Of a stretch of 64,000 bases of DNA, positions 8,429 through 16,294 are shown one piece after another (the first letter of the stretch is position 1; every line of letters starts with the position of its first letter). The position numbers were made by a program, and so were the translations under genes. The stretch comes from a virus. The DNA lies in the IMG/VR virus record IMGVR_UViG_3300027667_000003, positions 7,606 through 71,605 of that record; one strand, written 5' to 3'. The notes below the pieces were generated by a model, which worked only from the letters and a program-made list of their open reading frames with translations, had not been told where the DNA came from and made no database searches.

Positions 8429-8930
8429 GTGTGTTGTGAGGGGTTGCCCAAATAGCTTTGTTAAAAAATCCAATAATCACAAACACTGTGATACCTGCCG
8501 AACAGAATTGAACAATACTCGTAGTTTGAATTGGAACAAAAATAATGTAGAAAAGTGTTTGGCAGCTACTCGCAGATGGAGAAAAAGAAATAGAGAACAC
8601 ACAAAAAAGGACAACATGAGGTTCCAAAAAGAAAATCCTAAATACAAACGTTCGCGTAGTAGAAAACTTAAAATAGAAGTTTTAAGTTACTATGGTAAGA
8701 ACGGTAAACTCATGTGTTGTTGGAGAAAATGTACTGTATCTGATTTAGATTGCCTTACTTTGGATCATATGAATAATAACGGGGCAGAAATGAGACGAGC
8801 AGGCGGCCCAATAGGTGGGGTGGATCTATATAGTAAACTTAAAAACAATGACTATCCTAAAAATCATCAAACACTTTGTGCAAACCATCAATTAAAGAAA
8901 GAACTTCTCCGTCGTAGGAGATCAGCCTAG
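8418..8930 (+). CDS. free-standing HNH-type endonuclease
   Basis: CCWRKC...CLTLDHMNNNG...QTLCANHQ; basic N-terminal DNA-binding region. Confidence 0.7.
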   Translation: MKIKCVVRGCPNSFVKKSNNHKHCDTCRTELNNTRSLNWNKNNVEKCLAATRRWRKRNREHTKKDNMRFQKENPKYKRSRSRKLKIEVLSYYGKNGKLMCCWRKCTVSDLDCLTLDHMNNNGAEMRRAGGPIGGVDLYSKLKNNDYPKNHQTLCANHQLKKELLRRRRSA

Positions 8931-11107
8931 TGTTACATGTTGATTTTGAAACACGGGCGATGGTTGAACTCCGCGGGCCGAAGTCCGTAGGCTTATATAA
9001 CTACATGCATCACCCCCAAACAGATGTCCTCTTATTAGGTTGGGCTTTCGATTCCGAACCCGTTGAAATTTGGAACGTCATCCAGGGCGATCCTATGCCC
9101 AATAAACTTCAAAAAGGTTTAGAAGATTCTAAACAGACTTTAGATGCTTTTAATTCAACTTTCGAACGCTACTGTTTCGACTTCAAATTAGGTATTCATT
9201 TACCTATTGAGCGTTTCCAAGATCCTCAAGCTTCAGCCCGCTATCTATCCCTTCCCGCCGATTTGGAAGATGTCGGCACCATCCTCGGACTTCCTTATGA
9301 TTACGCAAAAGATAAAGAAGGCAAACGTCTTATCGATCTGTTTTGCAAACCCCACAAGAAGAAAAAGAAAAGAGGCGAGGCCGAGGTTTGGTTTTTTAAC
9401 GACTGGAATTCCCATCCCGAAGATTGGCTTCAGTTTATTGAATATTGCCGACAGGACGTTGTAGCCGAACGGGAGATTTTGCGCCGTGAGAAAATGTTGG
9501 GTGTATGGCCTTTGCCACCCAAAGAGAGATCGATCTGGGAATTTGATCAACGCGTAAATGATCGCGGAATTCCCGTAGATCGAAACTTTGTTCAAAATGC
9601 TTTTCTTTTAGCTTCTCGCGAAAAGAAAGACATGATTCAAGTGAACAACGGGCTCACTGGTCTAGAGAATTCCAACTCCAATGATCAGATGAAAGAATGG
9701 GCAATCGGACAAGGCTACGCTGGTCTGGATCCTGAAGTGGAAGAAGACGATTTGGAGTATCCAAAATATTCTCTCAATAAAGATGTTGTGAAATCGGAGT
9801 TAAAAGATAATGTTAATCTTACACCCCTCTGTCGCCAAGTATTGGAGAATCGCGAAGCAACATCTTCTACGTCCTATCAAAAGATGTCTGCAATCTTGCG
9901 ACAATTGGCACCCGATGACCGATTACGAAATCAATTCATTTATATGGGAAGTCCCCGATGTGGCCGATGGTCCGGGAACGCAGTTCAACTCCATAATATG
10001 GCGCGTCCCACAGAATTTTTTGAAGATGAAGTTAACGTTGACCTCGCCCGTTTTCTTATTTATGCCGGGGATTATGAAGGAATAAAATCTAAGTTTGCAG
10101 ATCCCGAAACGGGCAAATCCGCCTCTGTTCTTCTCACGGTTAAATCAAATATTCGCACTGCTTTTGTTACCAAGAGTGGTCTTCGATTTAATGTCAGTGA
10201 CCTCAATGCAATTGAAACTCGTGTAGGCGCTTGGGTGGCTGGCTGCGAATCTCTTCTCGAAGGTTTTCGTAATATAAAAGATTTTGATCCTTATATGGAT
10301 TTTGCGATGAAGATGACGCAAATCCCATATGAAATTTTAATGCGGGACAAATCATCCAAAGATCCTAAGATTAAAGCGGCCGCTAAAAAACATCGACAAA
10401 TTGCTAAGCCGGGTGTTTTGGGTTGCATTTATAGAATGGGCGCGGCCACATTGCAAGCCTATGCTGAAGACATGGGTGTTATTTTAACTCTTGAACAATG
10501 CGAACAAATTGTTAAGGTGTTCAGAAACGCATATCGTGAAATCGTAGAAATGTGGTACACGATTGAAAACGCTATCGCAGATGTGTTAGCAGAAGGCGCT
10601 GTACGAGTAAAGCGTGAGATCGGACCCAACGGTTGCATCAAAATAGATAAATTTGTTTTTGATTGCGGCGGAAATGAGCGTACAATTCTTCGAGTTCAAC
10701 TTCCTTCGGGTCGCTATCTGCATTATATGGACGCCCGCATTGAAAGCACCCAAATGCCCTGGAAGGATCGAGAAGGCAATGCCGTTTTTAAACCCACTCT
10801 TTGGTACGCCGGTCAAGATCAGGAAACAAAGCAATGGGGGGTTGTTACTTCACACGGGGGTAAGGTTTTCGAGAATATAGTCCAAGGAATGGCCCGCGAC
10901 GTGCTGGCAGAAAAGTTGTTGGCCTTCGAAGCCGCAGGCCTCTTTGTAGTGGGACACGTGCATGACGAAGGAATTACGGAAACCGAAGACGATCCTTTCA
11001 CACCCGGATTGGTGGAGATGAATAACATTATGGCCGAATCTGTACTCTGGGCTCCCGGCTTACCTCTTTCTTCTGATGGATTTGAAGGAAATTATTACCA
11101 TAAATAG
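8930..11107 (+). CDS. polA: phage family A DNA polymerase with 3'-5' exonuclease domain
   Basis: ExoI VDFET, ExoIII YCRQDV, motif A SDLNAIETR, motif B RQIAKPGVLGCIY, motif C HVHDE. Confidence 0.95.
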   Translation: MLHVDFETRAMVELRGPKSVGLYNYMHHPQTDVLLLGWAFDSEPVEIWNVIQGDPMPNKLQKGLEDSKQTLDAFNSTFERYCFDFKLGIHLPIERFQDPQASARYLSLPADLEDVGTILGLPYDYAKDKEGKRLIDLFCKPHKKKKKRGEAEVWFFNDWNSHPEDWLQFIEYCRQDVVAEREILRREKMLGVWPLPPKERSIWEFDQRVNDRGIPVDRNFVQNAFLLASREKKDMIQVNNGLTGLENSNSNDQMKEWAIGQGYAGLDPEVEEDDLEYPKYSLNKDVVKSELKDNVNLTPLCRQVLENREATSSTSYQKMSAILRQLAPDDRLRNQFIYMGSPRCGRWSGNAVQLHNMARPTEFFEDEVNVDLARFLIYAGDYEGIKSKFADPETGKSASVLLTVKSNIRTAFVTKSGLRFNVSDLNAIETRVGAWVAGCESLLEGFRNIKDFDPYMDFAMKMTQIPYEILMRDKSSKDPKIKAAAKKHRQIAKPGVLGCIYRMGAATLQAYAEDMGVILTLEQCEQIVKVFRNAYREIVEMWYTIENAIADVLAEGAVRVKREIGPNGCIKIDKFVFDCGGNERTILRVQLPSGRYLHYMDARIESTQMPWKDREGNAVFKPTLWYAGQDQETKQWGVVTSHGGKVFENIVQGMARDVLAEKLLAFEAAGLFVVGHVHDEGITETEDDPFTPGLVEMNNIMAESVLWAPGLPLSSDGFEGNYYHK
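11100..11107 (+). repeat. 8-bp target site duplication, left copy (ATAAATAG)
   Basis: Identical to 14386-14393; contains the polymerase TAG stop codon. Confidence 0.9.
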
Positions 11108-11129
11108 GGGAATTATATACTTGACACCA
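11108..11129 (+). repeat. left terminal inverted repeat GGGAATTATATACTTGACACCA
   Basis: 20/22 match to the reverse complement of 14364-14385. Confidence 0.9.
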
Positions 11130-11149
11130 AACGCCCAACCTGATACACT
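11121..11149 (+). promoter_or_regulatory. transposase promoter (-35 lies inside the left inverted repeat)
   Basis: TTGACA, 17 nt, TACACT; GGAGG RBS before ATG 11182. Confidence 0.65.
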
Positions 11150-11181
11150 CTCTTACAGATAGAGAGCATCGGGAGGCGAAT

Positions 11182-12114
11182 ATGAGCCGAAGCACCATAA
11201 GCACCTTTCAGTTATTTGAGAAGTTTCCAGACGAAGAATCGGCTCGAATCTATCTTGAAAAGAGACTTTGGAAAGACGGTGCTCGTTGCCCGAAGTGCAA
11301 AGGAACCGAGTATGTCAGAGGGCGGAAAGGAAAACACGGCGTGTATTTTTGCAACAAGTGCCGATTGGACTTCACGGTGAGAACAGGAACTATATTCGGG
11401 CGGTCGCATGTACCACTACACAAGTGGCTCTACGCGATGTACCTGCTTGTGACGGCACGAAAGGGCATCTCGTCTCTTCAGTTGGGCAAAGAGATAGGAA
11501 TCACTCAGAAATCGGCGTGGTTTGTTTTGCAGCGGCTTCGTGAAGCGTGTGGGGCGCAAGTCGTGATGCTCAAGGGGATCATTGAAGCCGATGAAACGTA
11601 TTTCACAGGCAAGGAAAGCAGTCGCCACATGTGGGAGCGGTTGCATGAGCCACGGGAGCGAGCGGACAAGGCTCTTGTGATGGGAATGCGGCAACGTGGC
11701 GGCGATACGATTGCGAAAGTAATTCGCAGTACGGGCGGTCGGGAACTTCGCGCAGCCATTCAAAATAACGTGGCACAAGGTTCTCGCGTAATGACAGATG
11801 CTTTTGCGGGATACACATCGCTCGGTAAAGATGGATTCAAACACGAAATGGTGAACCACACTAAGGATGAATATGTTCGCGGAGACGTTCACACGAACAG
11901 TATTGAATCCGTCTGGGCTGTGATGAAACGCGGGATGCATGGCGTCTATCACCACGCCAGCAAGAAGCATCTCGGACGATATGTTGATGAGTTTACGTTT
12001 CGTTTGAACGCAGGGAAGGTACAGCGTCACACGTTTGACCGACTGGATAGTTTCATTGACGCAGTTGCGGGAAAGAGAATCACCTACAAAACTCTTACAA
12101 AGGAGACCGTATAA
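11182..12114 (+). CDS. IS1595-family DDE transposase with Zn ribbon
   Basis: CPKC...CNKC, FTVRTGTIF, IEADETYF, MTDAFAGY, TNSIESVWAVMKR, HLGRYVDEFTFR. Confidence 0.95.
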   Translation: MSRSTISTFQLFEKFPDEESARIYLEKRLWKDGARCPKCKGTEYVRGRKGKHGVYFCNKCRLDFTVRTGTIFGRSHVPLHKWLYAMYLLVTARKGISSLQLGKEIGITQKSAWFVLQRLREACGAQVVMLKGIIEADETYFTGKESSRHMWERLHEPRERADKALVMGMRQRGGDTIAKVIRSTGGRELRAAIQNNVAQGSRVMTDAFAGYTSLGKDGFKHEMVNHTKDEYVRGDVHTNSIESVWAVMKRGMHGVYHHASKKHLGRYVDEFTFRLNAGKVQRHTFDRLDSFIDAVAGKRITYKTLTKETV

Positions 12115-12671
12115 TGGCAGCATATCAAGTGTTCTACACATTTCGAGACAAGGTGTCCAGTCACTTCCTAGATGCGGACTCCGCTATTGAAGCGATGGAG
12201 AAACTACCTCGATTCTATCCGCAAATTAAAACCGCGTTCAAGGCACAGAGAGTCTACACATCCAAAGCCGTACAGGACGAGTTGAGTTTTACTTGGACAA
12301 AGGAAATCGTCGCTTTCATCTATGCGATGGTTGACGGTAAAGTGCGGATGTATGTTGAAGGGAACAGCGACGTTTCTAAAGAAATCGAGGATAAATATCA
12401 AGAGTTAACAGGTGAAGTTCTCGTTCCCAAAAAAGGAGTTTACAACATTGCGCCTGATGCGAAATGGGGAACTGAAGGAACTGTGTATTATGGTTCGATT
12501 CCTTTTCCAGAAGATTTCGGACTAGAGCCTGAAAAGTCAGGTCAGGTCAATTCTACAAAACTGTTTTGGGTTTTGATTCGTATGGGCTTCCGACTAGAAG
12601 GCGCACACCATACGCACGAAATTGAAAACTCCATTCCAGCGGAGTTACGACGAGTTGCGGGAGTCGCCTAA
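12114..12671 (+). CDS. transposon passenger protein of unknown function
   Basis: 185-aa ORF coupled by TAATG overlaps on both sides, inside the inverted repeats. Confidence 0.75.
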   Translation: MAAYQVFYTFRDKVSSHFLDADSAIEAMEKLPRFYPQIKTAFKAQRVYTSKAVQDELSFTWTKEIVAFIYAMVDGKVRMYVEGNSDVSKEIEDKYQELTGEVLVPKKGVYNIAPDAKWGTEGTVYYGSIPFPEDFGLEPEKSGQVNSTKLFWVLIRMGFRLEGAHHTHEIENSIPAELRRVAGVA

Positions 12672-13552
12672 TGAGGGCATCCATCTACCCGATGGAAGGT
12701 GCCGTTTCGACAACGAGCCTCCCGCTCCAATCTTGGTCGCCCGACCTATATCTTGAGTTCTGTTCGGCGGGCGACCCTAGATACGAAGCGATTCGTAAAG
12801 ACCATTATGTTGTTCACAAAGGATGCCACGGTCAACAGATTCATTTCTTGGTTTGGTATAAGAATCAAATCGCGGGAATAATAAGCGGGGGTAGCCCCGT
12901 GTTTGCAACTGCCGCCCGCGATTCTTTTTTCAAAATCACAAAAGAGAATCGCACTAAAGTTATCAACGGCATCGTGGACAACGTAGTATTTCGGTTGGTG
13001 AACCACGAGCGTAATTTAGGCAGTCGTGTTCTCTCGTTGTGGGAAAAAGCGGCCGTCGAAACATGGGAAACCTTATACGGCGTAAAGGTTTTTGGCTTCG
13101 AGACGTTTATCGTTCGTGAAGGTTTGATGCGCGAAGAAATCACGGACAAGAATGATAATCTAGGCAGACCGCTTCGGAGGGTTGTAATGGTTGCGGATGC
13201 GGAAGGAAACATTCGACGCGGGAGTATGTACAAAGCGGCAAACTGGACGCACGCGGGGGAAACAAGCGGCAGTACCAAAGGACATGACGGCGTTGGACTA
13301 ACAGGCGGCAGAGAAGGCGGCAAAGGCTCGTTTCTCCGCAAGACTACGCTAATCAAAGATGTGTATTGTAAATGGGTGTCTGGATTGGCCGCACCAATCG
13401 AATCGGTTTACAAATCTTCATGGAAGGCTGCAACGAAAGAAGGCACACCCGAAGAAAAAGAAACAGCAAAAGCCAAGAGCGCGGCTCGGAAAAATTTGAT
13501 GGGACGGCGCTTTTATATCAAAGCCGGGAGGCTCACGCATGAAAACTTCTAA
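12671..13552 (+). CDS. DUF4338 (Druantia DruA-like) protein
   Basis: HY, AARD, NLGSRVLSL, WETLYG...FETFI, GSMYKAANW...GETSG match the DUF4338 pattern NLASxxL...YG...ETFV...GtxYrAaNW..G.T.G. Confidence 0.7.
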   Translation: MRASIYPMEGAVSTTSLPLQSWSPDLYLEFCSAGDPRYEAIRKDHYVVHKGCHGQQIHFLVWYKNQIAGIISGGSPVFATAARDSFFKITKENRTKVINGIVDNVVFRLVNHERNLGSRVLSLWEKAAVETWETLYGVKVFGFETFIVREGLMREEITDKNDNLGRPLRRVVMVADAEGNIRRGSMYKAANWTHAGETSGSTKGHDGVGLTGGREGGKGSFLRKTTLIKDVYCKWVSGLAAPIESVYKSSWKAATKEGTPEEKETAKAKSAARKNLMGRRFYIKAGRLTHENF

Positions 13553-14363
13553 TCGCCAGATGCAAGGTGGCTCTAGCGGGATGCACCCCGAACGGCGTAC
13601 CGTTCTGGATTCAATTCGTGTGGATGTTTTACCCTCGCATCCATTGAGTGTGAAAATTTATGGTAAACCAAAACCCACCGAAGAATTGTTGAAGAGTATC
13701 GCTGATGTTGGATTGTTACAGCCGCTTGTTGTCAACGATTTTGGCGACGGTAGTTTTCAACTTCTTGTTGGCAATACACGAGCAGAAGCGTGGCGTATTC
13801 TTCTCAAGCAGAAGAAAATTTCTACGGTCTGGATTCCTTGTCGCTTCGTGAAACTCTCCCCGCTAGAAGCCGAACGACTTGTGATTGAGTCGAATCGGCA
13901 GCGGATTAAAACTCCCGAAATGAAGGCGCGAGAGTTCAAGGAATTGAAACGCATCGAAGAGGCTCTGGCAAAAGAGAGAATGCTAGCGGGCACCAAACCT
14001 GACCCTATGGCCAAAAGGCCACAGGGTCAATCAGCCGCTTTAGCGGCGGCAGCAATCGGGATGGGCACTAATACCGCCAAGAAGATAGAAGCCGTCGTGG
14101 ACGCCGCCGACAGCGGGGATAAGAAGGCTCAAACTGCCCTTAAAGCGGTCAACGCTGGTGACCTGAGCATCGCAGGAGCATACAAGGCGGTTGCCAAGCC
14201 TAAACACCCAGAAAAAATAAACGCGGGCGTCCTAGAGGCGCGGGAGTTGACGCGTTTGTTCAAGAACGGGGAAGTGACCCGAAGCAAGCGGGACGGTCTG
14301 TTTCACGTCACTGTCCGCGACGTGACGCCCGAACAAGTGCGAAAATTAGCGAAAGCGATTTAG
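13539..14363 (+). CDS. ParB/Srx N-terminal domain protein with helical C-terminus
   Basis: ELLKSIADVGLLQPLVV...LLVGNTRAEA; ends at the base before the right inverted repeat. Confidence 0.8.
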   Translation: MKTSNRQMQGGSSGMHPERRTVLDSIRVDVLPSHPLSVKIYGKPKPTEELLKSIADVGLLQPLVVNDFGDGSFQLLVGNTRAEAWRILLKQKKISTVWIPCRFVKLSPLEAERLVIESNRQRIKTPEMKAREFKELKRIEEALAKERMLAGTKPDPMAKRPQGQSAALAAAAIGMGTNTAKKIEAVVDAADSGDKKAQTALKAVNAGDLSIAGAYKAVAKPKHPEKINAGVLEARELTRLFKNGEVTRSKRDGLFHVTVRDVTPEQVRKLAKAI

Positions 14364-14385
14364 TGGGGTTAAGTATATAATTCCC
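14364..14385 (-). repeat. right terminal inverted repeat
   Basis: TGGGGTTAAGTATATAATTCCC on +; its reverse complement matches the left repeat. Confidence 0.9.
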
Positions 14386-14393
14386 ATAAATAG
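14386..14393 (+). repeat. 8-bp target site duplication, right copy (ATAAATAG)
   Basis: Identical to 11100-11107. Confidence 0.9.
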
Positions 14394-14425
14394 TGCTTGA
14401 CAAGGATGAGAATATCGGTGAAAAT
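14388..14425 (+). promoter_or_regulatory. phage promoter motif AAATAGTGCTTGACA with candidate -10 GAAAAT
   Basis: Same 15-mer at 49264-49278 and a 1-mismatch copy at 20661-20675; 17-nt spacer. Confidence 0.55.
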
Positions 14426-14449
14426 GTGACTAGAATAGCGAGGAGTCAA

Positions 14450-15589
14450 ATGGCGAAAAAGAAACCGTTTACACCCATCTTAACTGATTTGTCTCAATTG
14501 TCCAAAGAACAGCAAGATGAGTACGTATTGGCGGCTTGTGAATTTTTGGGCGTACCATCCGAGCTTGGGCTAGTCGGGCTTTCTCTTATGGATACAGGAG
14601 ACGGCGCTCGCAACATGGTGTTATATGTGAAGAAAGGCGCAACTGACATTATTCGAAACAACCGAAAAATCAATGTGGAAAAATTAGAACAGACCAACGG
14701 CGACGGTTATGTAGGTTGGATGGCGACCGGAAAAGATGCTACAGGACGCCAAGAGATTGCAGTTGGCACGGTATCGATTAAAGGGTTGACCGGGCGGGCT
14801 GTTGCTGACGCGGTAATGACTGCTCAAACAAAATCAATGCGACGTATGACCATCCAGTTTGCCGGTGGCGGATTTTTAGATGAGACAGAAATAACTGAAA
14901 AAACCAGCAATCTTTCGAATGCGGCTGAATCACTTTCACAACTCGCACAGCCTATTCAACCGGTAGTTGTACCCTCAATTGCGGCGGGTAAAGACATTAC
15001 GGATGCTTCCAAGGCAGTCGCGTCAACTCCGACGCCCGAGCCGCTGAATAGCGCTGTAGGAGCTATTGGTTCATCGGCGGCTCAGGCTGAGGAGCCTCGA
15101 AAGAAACGAAAACGTAAGACTGTCTCATTGGATAATCCCGAATCGATCTCTGTAGTGCAGCCCTCGGCCGCCCCGGTTCCCCCGGTTGCGGTCCAGGTAA
15201 CAGAGCAGGTACCGGTGGAGCCCCAAGTGGCTGCACCACTAGTGGCTGAGAAGCCGGTGCCTGTTACTCCTGAACCTAAATCTCAAACAGTTTATCAAGG
15301 TACACCTCCCACCCAAGAACAAAAAGACGAGTTCAAGAAAAAAGTTTCAGATTATATCAACAATATTCTGCCTAAGGCCGGCTTCCTTCAGTCCGAAAAA
15401 TTGGGTAGTCGTAATGATAAAATGAAACTGTTCGCAAAGGCGATGTTTCCCTCAGCGAGTATGAAGACACTAGCTGTCGAACAGCAAAATCATTTCTTGA
15501 ATTTCATGGAGACAAAAATAAAGGAAGTAGGTATTGAAGGGCTTGTCAAGATCATCAATACGCAAATCGGGGAGGAAACCAATGTATAA
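14450..15589 (+). CDS. single-strand annealing recombinase (Bet/RecT-like) with Pro/Ala-rich linker
   Basis: LYVKKGATDIIR and AQTKSMRRMTIQFAGGGFLDETE resemble phage annealase motifs; GAGGAG RBS before ATG 14450. Confidence 0.6.
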   Translation: MAKKKPFTPILTDLSQLSKEQQDEYVLAACEFLGVPSELGLVGLSLMDTGDGARNMVLYVKKGATDIIRNNRKINVEKLEQTNGDGYVGWMATGKDATGRQEIAVGTVSIKGLTGRAVADAVMTAQTKSMRRMTIQFAGGGFLDETEITEKTSNLSNAAESLSQLAQPIQPVVVPSIAAGKDITDASKAVASTPTPEPLNSAVGAIGSSAAQAEEPRKKRKRKTVSLDNPESISVVQPSAAPVPPVAVQVTEQVPVEPQVAAPLVAEKPVPVTPEPKSQTVYQGTPPTQEQKDEFKKKVSDYINNILPKAGFLQSEKLGSRNDKMKLFAKAMFPSASMKTLAVEQQNHFLNFMETKIKEVGIEGLVKIINTQIGEETNV

Positions 15590-15815
15590 TGCTCTAATTG
15601 TCGCCGTTCCGGCTTTCTTTTTATTTGCAGCGATCGGACTATCGCAACTAGAGCCGAGGCTGCCCACTTTTACACCCGATGAATTGAGAGAGACGGCCGG
15701 ATACCATAATCGCATGAATCGAACGGGCACGTTTACACACCCCAAGTTTGCATCTGCTTTAAGTTTCAAAGTTTGCGAAAAGCGAATACTCTATTTGCCA
15801 GGAAGAACAACCTAA
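15582..15815 (+). CDS. small membrane-anchored hypothetical protein
   Basis: GGAGG RBS; N-terminal hydrophobic ALIVAVPAFFLFAAIGL; TAATG overlap with the next gene. Confidence 0.55.
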   Translation: MYNALIVAVPAFFLFAAIGLSQLEPRLPTFTPDELRETAGYHNRMNRTGTFTHPKFASALSFKVCEKRILYLPGRTT

Positions 15816-16285
15816 TGGATATAAGATCCGGCTGCGGCTATCCGGGCGCAGCGCTGTCAAATTTTGCGGCTCATCCTTTCGTATTTGACGGCATTCAGGT
15901 CAATTCCATGGAAGGTCTTCTTCAGTCCTTCAAGTTTAAAGAAATTGAAATACAAAGAGAAATCTGTCTGTTAGTAGGCTATGCCGCTAAGAAGCGCGGT
16001 AAAAGCAAGAACTGGCGAATTCGACAGACTTTATATTGGAACGGCGAAGGCTATCTTCGGGCCGATGATGGGTATCAAAAACTTTTAGACCGCGCTTACT
16101 TAACCCTCTATCAACAAAATGAAGGATTCCGTAAGGCACTATTAGCCACAAAAGAGGCGGTTCTCACCCATTCAATCGGCCGGACAAATACCGCAGAAAC
16201 AATTTTAACGCAACATGAATTTTGTTCCCGCCTTATGTGGTTGAAACAATTAGCAAAAGAAGAGCAGGAGAAACAAAAAGTCTAA
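15815..16285 (+). CDS. NADAR-family protein (T4 gp30.3-like)
   Basis: DIRS...ALSNFAAHPFVFDG...SMEGLLQSFK...TLYWNG...QNEGFRKALLAT...LTHS...TILTQHEF follows T4 gp30.3 along its length. Confidence 0.85.
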   Translation: MDIRSGCGYPGAALSNFAAHPFVFDGIQVNSMEGLLQSFKFKEIEIQREICLLVGYAAKKRGKSKNWRIRQTLYWNGEGYLRADDGYQKLLDRAYLTLYQQNEGFRKALLATKEAVLTHSIGRTNTAETILTQHEFCSRLMWLKQLAKEEQEKQKV

Positions 16286-16294
16286 GGATCTCCT

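Larger units (their letters stand above)
11108..14385 (+). mobile_element. IS1595-family transposon (3278 bp) carrying three passenger genes
   Basis: 22-bp terminal inverted repeats with 2 mismatches, 8-bp direct repeats, IS1595-type DDE transposase inside. Confidence 0.92.

Noticed and set aside
8418-8930. Group I intron carrying the HNH gene
   Set aside because: Primase and polymerase ORFs are each complete and overlap the HNH ORF directly, leaving no room for intron RNA
3296-11107. 2-aminoadenine (Z-genome) pathway suggested by HD hydrolase plus PolA
   Set aside because: No PurZ or MazZ-like gene is visible in the window, and both families are common in ordinary phages
11416-12141. 241-aa minus-strand ORF
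   Set aside because: Antisense shadow of the transposase, with no recognisable motifs
12671-13552. Complete Druantia defence system
   Set aside because: Only a DruA-like gene is present; no DruE helicase or other Dru genes nearby
14376-14381. Outward-facing TATAAT in the right inverted repeat
   Set aside because: No convincing -35 at the right spacing; the native TTGACA motif just downstream explains expression better
14393-14449. Upstream start of the annealase ORF
   Set aside because: It runs through the target duplication and promoter motif; the GAGGAG RBS supports ATG 14450
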